Part shown: positions 1 through 11,402 of the stretch, in pieces
How the letters are laid out: every line of letters starts with the position of its first letter
Numbering within the stretch: the stretch's first letter is position 1
Assembly: GCA_036785375.1 (NCBI GenBank)
Contig: JAWMAR010000143.1
Coordinates: 3,534,001-3,598,000 of the forward strand
Origin: Leucoraja ocellata
Taxonomy: Eukaryota
DNA: 64,000 nucleotides
Reading direction: 5' to 3'
Notes under the pieces: generated by a model
The model's input: the letters and a program-made list of their open reading frames with translations, nothing else
What the model was told of the DNA's origin: nothing
The model's database searches: none
Position numbers and translations under genes: made by a program

Positions 1-850
1 AAAGGCTAACTTTGATGTGATGCGAAATGATTTAAAAGGAGTGAACTGGGACATTTTGTTTTATGGGAAGGATGTAGAAGAGAAATGGAGGACATTTAAA
101 GGGGAAATTTTAAGAGTACAGAATCTTTATGTTCCTGTTCGGTTGAAAGGAAACAGTAAAAATTGGAAAGAGCCCTGGTTTTCAAGGGAAATTGGACACC
201 TTGTTCGGAAAAAGAGGGAGATCTACAATAATTATAGGCAGCATGAAGTAAATGAGGTGTTTGAGGAGTATAAGGAATATAAAAAGAATCTTAAGAAAGA
301 AATTAGAAAAGCTAAAAGAAGATATGAGGTTGCTTTGGCAAGTAAGGTGAAAGTAAATCCAAAGGGTTTCTACAGTTATATTAAAAGCAAAAGGATAACG
401 AGGGATATAATTGGTCCATTGGAGAGACAGAGTGGACAGCTATCTGCAGAGCCAAAAGAGATGGGGGAGATATTGAACAATTTCTTTTCTTCGGTATTCA
501 CCAAGGAGAAGGATATTGAATTATGTGAGGTAAGGGAAACTAGTAGATTAGCTATGGATACTATGAGTTTCAAAGTAAAAGAAGTACTGACACTTTTGAA
601 AAATATAAAAGTGGATAAGTCTCCAGGTCCTGACAGGATATTCCCTAGGACATTGAGGGAAGTTAGTGTAGAAATAGCCGGGGTTATGACAAAAATATTT
701 CAAATGTAATTAGAAACGGAAATAGTCCCCAAGGATTGGCGTACTGCGCATGTTGTTCCATTGTTTAAAAAGGGTTCTAAGAGTAAACCTAGCAATTATA
801 GACCTGTTAGTTTGACTTCAGTGGTGGGCAAATTAATGGAAAAGATACTT
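1..850 (+). mobile_element. CR1-type LINE ORF2 fragment (endonuclease-RT linker and start of RT), decayed
   Basis: ORF 17..709 has CR1 ORF2 motifs (PWFSREI, NPKGFYSYI, LNNFFSSVFTKE, KSPGPDRIFPR). In-frame TAA at 707-709, then the frame continues with VVPLFKKG and NYRPVSLTSVVGKLMEKI. Confidence 0.9.
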
Positions 851-1041
851 ATATCTTTTAAGATATCTTATTCTTTTAATCTCTTTTAAAAATGTATTTA
901 TATTCTACTATTAACTGTACATATGTGCATTGGTGTTGTGTTGTATTTCTTTTAACGGAGGAGAAGCAAATGGAATTTCGGTGCTCAGTTTTGTGCAATG
1001 ACAATAAACATATTCTATTCTATTCTATTCTATTCTATTAT
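851..1041 (+). mobile_element. Nested 5'-truncated non-LTR retroelement 3' end with (TATTC)n tail
   Basis: Interrupts the CR1 frame between ...KIL and DNIYKHL...; ends TGACAATAAACA plus about 5 copies of TATTC. Confidence 0.7.
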
Positions 1042-1378
1042 TAAGATAATATATATAAGCATCTGGATAAACAGGGTCTGATTAGGAACAGTCAACATGG
1101 ATATGTGCCTGGAAGGTCATGTTTGACTAATCTTCTTGAATTTTTTGAAGAGGTTACTAGGGAAATTGACGAGGGTAAAGCAGTGGATGTTGTCTATATA
1201 GACTTTAGTAAGGCCTTTGACAAGGTTCCTCATCGAAGGTTGGTTAAGAAGGTTCAACTGTTGGGTATAAATGCAGGAGTAGCAAGATGGATTCAACAGT
1301 GGCTGAATGGGAGACGCCAGAGGGTAATGGTGGATGGCTGTTTGTCGGGTTGGAGGCAGGTGACTAGTGGGGTGCCTC
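1042..1378 (+). mobile_element. CR1-type LINE reverse transcriptase fragment (continuation)
   Basis: SQHG, GRSCLTNLLEFFEEVT, VDVVYIDFSKAFDKVPH, RRQRV, VTSGVP; breaks off at the GVPQG motif. Confidence 0.92.
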
Positions 1379-1413
1379 TAGGGTTAGGGTTAGGGTTAGG
1401 GTTAAGGTTAGGG
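1379..1413 (+). repeat. Interstitial telomeric repeat (TTAGGG)~6
   Basis: tAGGG-TTAGGG-TTAGGG-TTAGGG-TTAAGG-TTAGGG read directly. Confidence 0.9.
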
Positions 1414-1586
1414 TTTTATTATTAATGATGATTATTATTAATGTTTAATGTTTTATGTGTCATTCTTAATTGTTACTGTATGTCGTGTTGTTACTTGCGA
1501 GCGGAGCACCAAGGCAAATTCCTTGTATGCGTACAAACTTGGCCAATAAACGTATTCATTCATTCATTCATTTCTTATGTTCTTAT
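1414..1586 (+). mobile_element. 3' end of another non-LTR element with (CATT)n tail, followed by a CR1-like TCTTATGTTCTTAT tail
   Basis: CAAATTCCTTGTATG...TTGGCCAATAAA followed by (ATTC)4, then a short tandem tail. Confidence 0.6.
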
Positions 1587-1824
1587 TTCACAAAAGTATG
1601 ATTAATCCACTGGATTGTCTTTTGCATAATTTTAATTCTTCATTAAAATCTCTGCTTGAAGATCTCAGCTAATCCTCGAGAGTGCAGTTGATTATGCTGG
1701 GATTCTGCTGTCTGAGTAGATGCGGTGCCTATGATGTCTATGTTGGACTGTAATTAGGCTCTCCCACATTAATTGTGTACATTACAATTTATTAGAGTGC
1801 ACTACCAACAGCTGCTGGCTGTAG

Positions 1825-2245
1825 AGAACATAAAAAAAATAAGAAATAGAAGCAGGTGTAGGCCATCAAGTCCTTCGTGTTCATGTCACCATTTGTTAAG
1901 TTCATGGCTGAACTTCCACCGCAGCACCATATTCTAACAGAATCCTCTTAACCTTTGATTCCTTTACTGTTCAGAAACGTATCGATTTATGTTTTGAATG
2001 AACATAGCAACTGAGCCTCCACTGCCCCTTGAGTAAAGACTTATTCTATAGAGTCGGCATCTACTGAGTGAAGACTTTTCTCCCCATCACCATCCTAAAT
2101 AGTCACCCCTGCCCAGACTTTTCTCCCCATCACCATCCTAAATAGTCACCCCTGCCCATCCCCCTCCTTATTTCGAAACAGTGCTCCTAGGCCCAGACTT
2201 CTCAGCCAGAGGAAACATCTTTCCTACATCTAGTCTGTCAACCTC
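1825..2245 (-). mobile_element. Old CR1-type LINE 3' fragment
   Basis: AGAACATAA..AAGAAATAGAAGCAGGTGTAGGCCAT..CATGGCTGA is the reverse complement of the CR1 3' tail seen elsewhere in the window (38083-38210). Boundaries approximate. Confidence 0.65.
2072..2157. repeat. Perfect 43-bp tandem duplication
   Basis: AGACTTTTCTCCCCATCACCATCCTAAATAGTCACCCCTGCCC twice. Confidence 0.95.
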
Positions 2246-2739
2246 AAGGTTACAACAAAGCTGTAATTTAGCTTCTTTACATTTCCTTTTCCATATTATT
2301 TCAAGCTCAAAGCATTACAAAATTGACAATAATATCTAAAATTAAAGACAAAGTGTATGACTTTGAAATTTCCTATAACAATAGCCTTATATTTAAAATG
2401 TGGATTAACTAATGAAGTGAGGGTGTAACGCAACCAGCCTTGACATATACTTGTCAACACTTAGTAAATTAAATTATGTATTTTGACAGAAATGACAGAT
2501 AGGTTACAACTTTGTCTCATCACCAATCACCAAAGCCCTGAAAAAGGAGGAGATGGGGAAAGCATGGACACAACACCATGCCCTAATAATCATCTACTAA
2601 AAATGTGACTGGATGAACATGCATGTGTTTGCCCAAAACTCTTAGGATACCCATCTGAGATCTTACAATAGCCAGTAAATTTATCATCCTATGCATACTC
2701 CAGCTAGCTGATTAAAAAAAAAATTCTAAGGGCAACTAA

Positions 2740-3110
2740 TAAGGGTAGGAAATGCACAATGGGATGATCAGGCCTAAGGGAGCTTTGAGGAACCGAGGAT
2801 ATACAAGTTCAATAACCCCTCAAGGTGGCAGCACAAGTAGACAAGATGATAAAAAAAAGTAAATGTGATACTTGCCTTTATTAGCCAGAGCATATAATAG
2901 AAAAGCAGAGAGTTTAGGATGCAACTTTATAAACCATTGGTTAGGCCTTGGGTGAAGCATACAGTTCTAGTTATTACACTAGAGACTGATTGAAATCTGC
3001 AAAGCACTGATTGAGGAGTACAAATTGTCCCACAACATTTAAGAAATGTCCAGATGAGCACTTCGATTGTCATTGCATAGAAGACTCCAGACTAAGTATA
3101 GATGGATACC
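2740..3110 (+). mobile_element. Highly decayed CR1-type LINE 3' ORF2 remnant
   Basis: CTTGCCTTTATTAGCCAGAGCAT and CAACTTTATAAACCATTGGTTAGGCC resemble the CR1 post-RT region (compare 62920-63010). Confidence 0.55.
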
Positions 3111-3276
3111 CAAAATAGATCAAAACCCATTTATGATATTGTCATGCCTGGATCCCAAGAAGTTAAGTGGTCAGCAGATTTGCAGAAAGAAGGTTGAAAA
3201 GCAACGGGTCAATCTAGTGTAGAAAGTAGACAGAAATGAGAGAAGGGCATGCACTCAAGGCTCAGCATAGAAGAAT

Positions 3277-4027
3277 GTGTAGAAAGGAACTGCAGATGCT
3301 GTTTTATACTGAAGATGGACACAAAGGTCAGGAGTAACTCAATAGGTCGGGCAGCATCTATGGAGAGAAAGTATGGGTGATGTTTTGGGTCAGGAACCTT
3401 CTTCAGATTGAAAGTAGAAGAGGTGAGGGATCTATATAGGAGCCCATACCTGAGCTGAGGTGGGGTAGAGGTTCATTTGCATCTCCTCCAACCTCATCTA
3501 CTGTATTCTTTGTTCGCGGTGTGGGATCCCATATATCGACTCAGTCCACTTTGGCTTACGCAATCTCCTGGTTTCAAAACATTTTAACTTCCATTCCCAT
3601 TCCCACACTGACCTCTCTGTCCTGAGCCTCCTCCACTGTCAAAATGAGGCCACACACAAATTGGTGGAACTGCACCTCAAATTTTGCTTGGGCAGCTTAC
3701 AACTCGGCATTATGAATATTGATTTCTCTAATTTCAAGTAACTCAGCATTCCCACTCGCCTCCCTTGGTTAACCTACTAGTTCCACTGTTCGCATCCTTG
3801 TATACCTTCATTATCACCTTTTCCGCAGCCAACAATGGGCCATTCTGGGTTCTACCATTCCTTGGTCATGTGTTATTGACCCTGTTTTGTTCTGCCCTTT
3901 TTCCCACCTCCAGTTCCCTCCTATTAACTTTCTGTCTGAAGAAGAGTCTGAGCCAAAACATTGCCATCCCTTTTCTCCAGGCCTGCTGCCTGACCTGCTG
4001 AGTTATTTCAGCACTTTGTCTATCTTC
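3277..4027 (+). mobile_element. Decayed Penelope-like element: inverted terminal repeat, GIY-YIG remnant, terminal repeat
   Basis: 3470-3740 aligns by eye with the GIY-YIG region at 57500-57815; 3277-3410 and 3930-4027 are opposite-orientation copies of the terminal repeat at 57930-58066. Confidence 0.75.
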
Positions 4028-5830
4028 AGCATGGCCATAGATTTAGGACCAAAACTGCATAATTCCTTCTGCCCTATATGTGCCTCTGCTCATTTTACAA
4101 AATTACGATACAAATAACTTCATTTGTTTCCACTATGGGACAATGTTTTCCTTTCAATAGATGTTGATAAAGAAGGTGCTATTTGAGTGCTGGATGGCAA
4201 ATCTGATGGGACCTAGAAAACTCTGCATTTTTTCCATACATATTTTTTCCAAAACCAACTTAAAATAAATAGTTGGTGATGAATAACTTAAACAAAACAT
4301 TAGTTTTCGAATCTGTCATGTATTTCCTTTCTCCTGCCTGCATTTATCCCTAACCAAATGACCCATGAGCCTATTTGTTTTCCACATGATTTGTTAGCAG
4401 TGTTAAAAGAGCGCCACTTACTGTCAACCTTACCGACATGCTTGCCCTATCCTCAACTTAGTTAACTATCCGTCAGCGTACCTTTGAAATATGCCATCAC
4501 TCTTTCCATTAGATTTTTTTCTCTCTCTAATCACACTGCATGCCTAGTTTAAGTGTGATGGGCATTACACCATTAACCGCGGATCAATGATGAACGTTTC
4601 AGTTGATGTGAAATTGCACATGTTTGGCAAAACGGTGACAATTGGGTTATTAAAAGTTTCAGATTGTTCATTGAAGGATAGATGCAGATAATCAAAAAAT
4701 GATTGCTTCAGTTTTGTATCCAACAATCTCATGTATCTTTTTTACTGATGCGCGAACATAAGGCGCACCAAGCTCAGGTCTTTCAATTATGGATCAATAT
4801 TCCAGGCTGTGGAAGTGACAATTTAAAAGAAAAGATAATTTAAACGGACAGCAGGTTAAAATTGTTGTATCTGAGCATTATCTGCAAGCAGCCTAGAATC
4901 AGTGTATTGGGTTAGGATAAAGGCGGACCGCGCTCCAAGCTGCATTTTAAGAGCATCGGCGCAAACGGCGATAACATATTTACTGTTATTTATCTGTTAT
5001 TGCTACCTCGCCAAACGTGCTTAGACTTAAAACAACAGTTTTTAAAAATGTATTTTGAGTAATTGCACCAAAACTGTTTGCTGGCTTAGAACGTGGTGCC
5101 TACAAACCACATCGTAAGCTATCGATGCTGTAATGAACAACAAACAAGTGCTGCTGATGTCATTACTGATGTTCGTTGCTTTCATCGCCGAAGTGTAGGT
5201 GTCGTTTTGAAAAGAATGAGTGATCAAAACTCAGATACAAAGGATAACACAGCGACCCTTATTGTTTCCCGTGGGAAGCGATCACGAACTCTACATTTAG
5301 TTACTAAAAAATATATATACTTAATTTGGTCCCGGTATGCTTTAAATCAACGATTGGAAGTCGAGGTAGAATATTACACGATGGAACCACAATCATCTGA
5401 ATTTGTTTCGGCGATAGGTTTCTTCTGGGTAATTATGTTTCAATATCTACTACATAAATGTGAGTTTCCTGATTTGAAACACACGCTGTTTATTTATCAA
5501 GCTCAATTTTCGGCCAAAATCTGCGCTTATTTATGTGAAATTTGGGTATGGGTTTTCTGTTTATTTACACGAGCGTTGTTCCAACGATTTTGTATTTAAT
5601 GTTCCTGATTGCCCAGCATCATTCTGTTAGCCCAGTGTCAACGGGTTCCGCCAATTCAACTGCAATATGCAAACATATCATTTTCTAAAACAATAAACCG
5701 TATTGATCGCAGAACGATCGCTGGACGTTGGCCAATTCCCCTCGGAGTTTGCGAAATTCGTCAATTCCTCCGTTGGGGCATCGGAAAATAGGCCGTTATC
5801 TTTCCCTTCGCGACCACGAGGTTCCTGCAG

Positions 5831-6261
5831 ACTGAGCGGGACAGCCAGCATCACCTGTGAAGAATGGGTGATGTTTCGGGTCGAAACCCTTCAGACTAGA
5901 GTCAGTGCAAATGGGAAACTAGAGATAGAGACGGTGATGTAGAGAGATAGAAAACACATGAATGAAAGACATGCAAAAAAGTAATGATGATAAACTAACG
6001 ATGATAAAGGAAACAGGCCATTGTTGTTTTCTTTATCATCGTTACTTTTTTTTAGCAAATCTTTCATTCATTTGTTCTATATCTCTCTGCATCATGGTCA
6101 ATATCACTCGTTTCCCTTTCCCCTGACTAGTCTGAAGAAGGGTCTCGACCCGAAACTTCACCCATCCCTTCTCCCCTGAGATGCTGCCCGTCCCGCTGAG
6201 TTACTCTAGCATTTGTGCCTATCTTCGGTTTAAACCAGCATCTGTAGTTCCTCCCTACACA
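5831..6261. mobile_element. Fold-back (palindromic) Penelope-terminal-repeat derivative
   Basis: 5831-6013 is an imperfect reverse complement of about 6026-6203; the right arm runs on to CAGCATCTGTAGTTCCTCCCTACACA. Confidence 0.8.
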
Positions 6262-7025
6262 TTTCGTCCTGCATGCTTATACCTCCGATGAGGTATATTT
6301 CGGTTTTGTGGGACTCTTGTTGGTTCTTATTGCCATCTTTTAGTTTCATTGGATCGTGGGACTTTACCATAATAACCAGAAGTACCCACATGTGTTCATT
6401 ACTGTTGATGAGGACACGAACATGATGGAATCAACCTAACTGGCCCATCGAAATAGGCCGATAAGTAATGTAATGTAACTGAATGTAACGGAGCATATTT
6501 GTAGTGGATCAGAAAGGTCACTCTACAAACAAATATGGAATATGAAGGAAACTGCAAAAGGACAGTTTACTCTCCATGCCAGTAACTTGTCTTCATGCAG
6601 ATGAACAGTGTCGTTGTTTTTGTGGAGAGAGATGACACACTCCATAGTAATGACTCCTGGGCTAAACTCCTCATGCACTTTGTTCTTAGCAGTACCAAAG
6701 AACAGTAAACGAAATTGGTGTTCATCTCGTTAACTAAAATAAACCTGAATTGATGTGTCCCCCTTCATGGCCTGCAGCCTGAATACGCGTTACAACCAGT
6801 GAAATGCTTCCGAATACAGTGTTTCTTGTGGGAAACCAATCGTAACCCCAACACCCCCAACCCCACCCCCACCCCCCACACTAGTGTTTGTAAATTGACC
6901 CCAACTGTCATTGTCATCTAAATTGGTCAGCATTACAATGGACACGTCATATGTGATAAAGTGAATGTAAGGCAAACAAACTTTCTTCGTAAAATCTGAC
7001 ACTTGATTTCTCTGCCTCCCATACG

Positions 7026-7046
7026 CCCCCCCCCCCCCCCCCTTCC

Positions 7047-7084
<38 letters not shown>

Positions 7085-7110
7085 AACTAACACACACACA
7101 CACACACACG
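7026..7110. repeat. Compound microsatellite poly-C / (CT)n / (CA)n
   Basis: Read directly. Confidence 0.95.
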
Positions 7111-7389
7111 TGCAGACGTTTTAAGTTGCAGTTAACATGTGTCAAACTCGTATCTGTTCTAACTACTGGTAAGTCATCAGATTTCAGTAACACTGGCAAC
7201 AGAAGAAGTCTGCGCATTTCGCAGTTTTTTTGAAGTAGACAAGGACATGACTGTATATAAACCTATATATATAATTTCATAACTGTGGAGAGAAAACAAC
7301 CCGTTTAGCTTTTTTTTTTAACGAATATAATGTTTACCATGGAACTTTGCGTTTATACTGAGTTTGTACTGCGTTCATGGTGAGTTCAC

Positions 7390-7600
7390 CGATAGAGCGT
7401 GTAACAGTGCACCACAGGAATAGGCCCTTCGGCCAAGATGTCTGTGTCGAACACGATGCCAAGAAAAAAATAATCTGCTCCGTCTACACATGATCCATCT
7501 CTCTCCAATCCCTGCGTCCAAACGCCTCTTAAACACCACTCTCGTATCTCCCTCTACCATGAACCCTGACAGCGCATTCCAGGCCCGACCGCTTGTTGGG
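7390..7600 (-). mobile_element. CR1/SINE-type 3' tail remnant
   Basis: CACAGGAATAGGCCCTTCGGCC and TCCAAACGCCTCTTAAAC are reverse complements of the tail at 63400-63545. Confidence 0.55.
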
Positions 7601-7832
7601 AAGCTTCATTTTAGTGTAATTTGGAGCTGGGTCGGATGCTGAACCGCAGATAATACAAAATGAAACACTGAGAAGTGAAGCATCGTTCCACGAGTAAACA
7701 CGAATTCGGGCATATACAGTAGCTACTTGTATATCGTCAACCTGCATTCACACACACTGTCACACCACATTTTCCCGACAAAGTACATGTAGTAGCGAAG
7801 TAGTATTAAAACTCGGTATCCAGATCAGTACA

Positions 7833-7985
7833 CGTGTAGGAAGGAACTGCAGATACTGTTTTACACCGAAGATAGACACAAAATGCTGGAGTAACTCAGC
7901 GGTCAGGCAGCAACTCTGGAGGAATGGAATTCCTTTCCTCCAGAAATACAGTGTGACCCGCTGAGTTACTCCAGCATCTTGTGTC
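7833..7985. mobile_element. Short fold-back Penelope-terminal-repeat element with 16-bp flanking direct repeat
   Basis: GATAGACACAAAATGCTGGAGTAACTCAGCGG...CCGCTGAGTTACTCCAGCATCTTGTGTCTATC; TATCCAGATCAGTACA at 7817-7832 and 7986-8001. Confidence 0.85.
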
Positions 7986-8120
7986 TATCCAGATCAGTAC
8001 AACTCTTGTCACGTCTTAACAGTTCACCTGGAAAGGTTCAGAGCTAATATGTAGATTAATGCCAGCAACTGATACACGGGTCCCTGCTTTCCTCTCATTA
8101 AAAGAATAGCATGAGAGATC

Positions 8121-8246
8121 TGTGTAGGAAGGAACTGATGCTGGTTTAAGCCGAAGAGAAGCCGACCCGAAACGTCGCCCATTCCTTCTCTCCAGAGATG
8201 CTGCCTGTCCCTCTGAGTTACTCCAATTTTGTGTGCCCATCTTCCG
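8121..8246. mobile_element. Short Penelope-terminal-repeat derivative with internal inversion
   Basis: TGTGTAGGAAGGAACTG...CCGAAG in - sense joined to GACCCGAAACGTCGCCC...GAGTTACTCC in + sense. Confidence 0.75.
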
Positions 8247-11117
8247 CGTGAAATAGATCTATGCTTTGGAGCACATAGTAAGTACTACGACCTCAGATAC
8301 AGCTGAGGCCAGCGGTTTCAGAACAGCCTGGTATCAGTCGCCGACTCAAACTGTCGCATTCTCAATCAGCCACACACACATTCATTCATGAAGGGTGGCA
8401 TCCACTCATTCATATTCATGTCCACACTTTCCCACTGCAAATATATACCTTCATACTATATAGCCACTCATGTGGCAATCATTAATACACACTGACAGCC
8501 ATTTAAGACGACCTTAATTTCAAAGATTTTTTTCACGATTTCGGGCGTGTACATTTTCTAAAAACGCATGCACTTAGACACAAGAGGACGCGCACCAGCG
8601 GACAGGCCCACGCAAACACACGCGGGCGCGCCCCCATTGCCTACCCAAGCAAACGTCCAAGCTTTCCCTGGCTCCCACACGTGCACATCACATTTCCTCT
8701 CTTGTACACTCTCAAACACACAGACGTAAACATGCCTTTCTTTCTTTCGCGCACACAATCCCCCGTATACCCACACAAACACTGCCTCCCACATCAGCAC
8801 ACATTCTTTTCATGTTCATGTGAACACGCACATGCACACAATACACGCACGTTCACAAGCAAAAAAAACCCCACTCCTCTCCCCAGCCTCCCACACCAGG
8901 ATTAGTCCCGCACCATTCCTGTAATGTGCAGTACTGCGAATTTGTCTCTGCCTCTTAGGGGCGCTCAGGCGCTCGAATAATAAATAAATTCCGAACCACT
9001 TCACTGTTTTTATTACCGCACTACCATGTTAAATGAGCAAAGTCTCATGGACACGTGGATCTCTACCTGTAAGTTTATCATCATAGGTCGGAAATTGGGC
9101 AATCACAACTGAAAAAAAGCTAAAGTAATATCTATTATTATATAACCAAGCTATCCAACATAAAACAATTCCCTTATCAATGCCCCCACAACTCCAAATG
9201 CAATACTTTACTCTCAATAACTTGCAAAGAAAAAATACAATTGGACAAATTACTAAAACGCGTAACCCAAATATGAAATCAGCTCTCTGTTCTGGTCAAA
9301 TATAAAGGGTTTATCCAATTCCTCCATTGCAGGAAAGTAAAATTATAACTACAAGTTACAAAATATCAAAATACATCAACATTTCAGAGATTGCCAATAA
9401 ACCCGCCAACTATACTCTCGGTGGTCGGCGGTTTTATGTATCAACAGAATATATCAAATGTATACCAGATGTAATTCTAAATTGTAGGTATTTCTGGACA
9501 AGTCTAGTATATACCGCATTTATAATGTTATTATTTAACTTACCCATAATCTCTCTTTGAAAATAGTACATGCATTCGTTAATTCGGATAGTTTTTTTAT
9601 ATGCAATCTGTAAACAGCAATGAATGCGGGCAATTCCGCCTAATACCCGCTTATGCTCTTATTCAAAATAATTTGCGACTTAATTTACCCCTACACAATT
9701 AAAAAGCCATATTGTCGTATTGCAAGAGTTTTTTGACTTCACTGCATCTGTGGTGTTAACAAATGCATCTACTTTTGATTTATAATAATTTGCTTTAAAA
9801 TTGATTGCAGAAACACCATTATACCATTCAGCCTGAATTAAATTATGTAATATTTCAGGTATGAAAAAATATCTGAAGTTATAGGATCTTCAATGTGATA
9901 GACTTGCGAGAATAGCTGACGTGTATCTATTTGTGCATGGGGGGAGGGGGGTGGGGCATATATTTAATATCAACACTGACGCTATTACGCAAATTTAAAT
10001 TACAGGACGTAGGTTTGTATTTGAATATATTCGGGGCAGCGTGCACAACTTTCCATTTAGATTTTAATGTGCACATTTTTACTGGCAAAAGTGTGGATGG
10101 TGGCATTTAGATGGCATTCAAAAACTGACAAAATCAGATCAATAATAGCAACGTAACGAATGGCGCCAACTGTATTTTACAAAAAAAACCATTCTGGTAA
10201 AAGCATCCTATGCTCTGTGTTCTGAAACATCTCTAAACTAAAGGATACTTTTTTTCCCCACAAAGAAATATAATGCGTCAGATATTTTAAAAATAGATAT
10301 TGAGAACCTACATACAAAAAGGATCCACCTGTGATATCAAAATAGTGAAGAAAACTTAAAAATGGAGACCGTTCTAATTTTCCACTGTCTTTAAATAATA
10401 TCAGAACTTGTATATTCTGTCGGTTTTTTTAAATTTAAGTATGATTAAGAATAATTGTCCTGAGATTGAACCAGATGTATTACAGATTATTCCACGAAAG
10501 CTATTGTATTCATGTAAATAAAATATAACATCAGTATAAAATTAAACATTTAAAAATTATGTGTTCAAATATCAGATTGTAAATAAAGCATTGCAGGTTG
10601 GTATCCAGCGCATAAAACCTTATTCATAATTAGTAATAGGAGCAGAAGCTCTTTATTTTAATATTTGCCGCAAGGAACACTGTTTCAGGTGCTCCCAAAT
10701 TTTCCCCAAGTAACTGGACGCTAAATATAATCTACAATATACTGTAGTTAAATAAGATTAACTGCAGACCAGTGTAACCGAATTATCATACTGGTTGCTC
10801 AGTTAATTATAATAATCGAGATTTTTATGAAAAATAATTTATAAATTGCATTGTGCAATATTTAGGCAACAATTTTTTTTTAAATAAAATGTATTGCTGG
10901 ACATCGTGGCCTGAAAGTTCCTCAACAATCTGGATGTTGGTGTTTCACAGTTTTAATTTGATACTTTTTTGCTGCTACCTGCGTGCTAGTCTTTTATTTT
11001 GATAGTTTGTGTTGAGGTTTTGATATAATCATTCGCCATCGTTTTTTCCCGTCTGTAGCTAGTTTGAATCTATTATTATTTCCTGACATTTGATTGAGAC
11101 ACTACTTGTAACGATCC

Positions 11118-11402
11118 TTTAATGTACCTGATACAGAATGAGACGACAGGTGAATATTTTAGGCATTTTTCTATAACTATTTTATTTTTATAAATAATTT
11201 ATTGGAATAGTTTAGCAAGACGTCAGTGGAATTATTCCTACTACTGTACTATTAACAACTCGTTTTCCTTTCATCATGAAATGTCGGATTTACATACAGT
11301 GGTTTTATTAAATATAACGATTAATTTTCAAATGAAAAAATAGTTATAGAAAAATGCCTAAAATATTCACCTTTCGTCTCATTCTGTATCAGGTACATTA
11401 AA
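11118..11402. repeat. 66-bp inverted repeat, 1 mismatch, 153-bp spacer
   Basis: 11118-11183 is the reverse complement of 11337-11402 except at one position. Confidence 0.9.

Noticed and set aside
5093-5599. 168-aa ORF
   Set aside because: No recognisable domain, non-ATG start, no splice support; probably chance.
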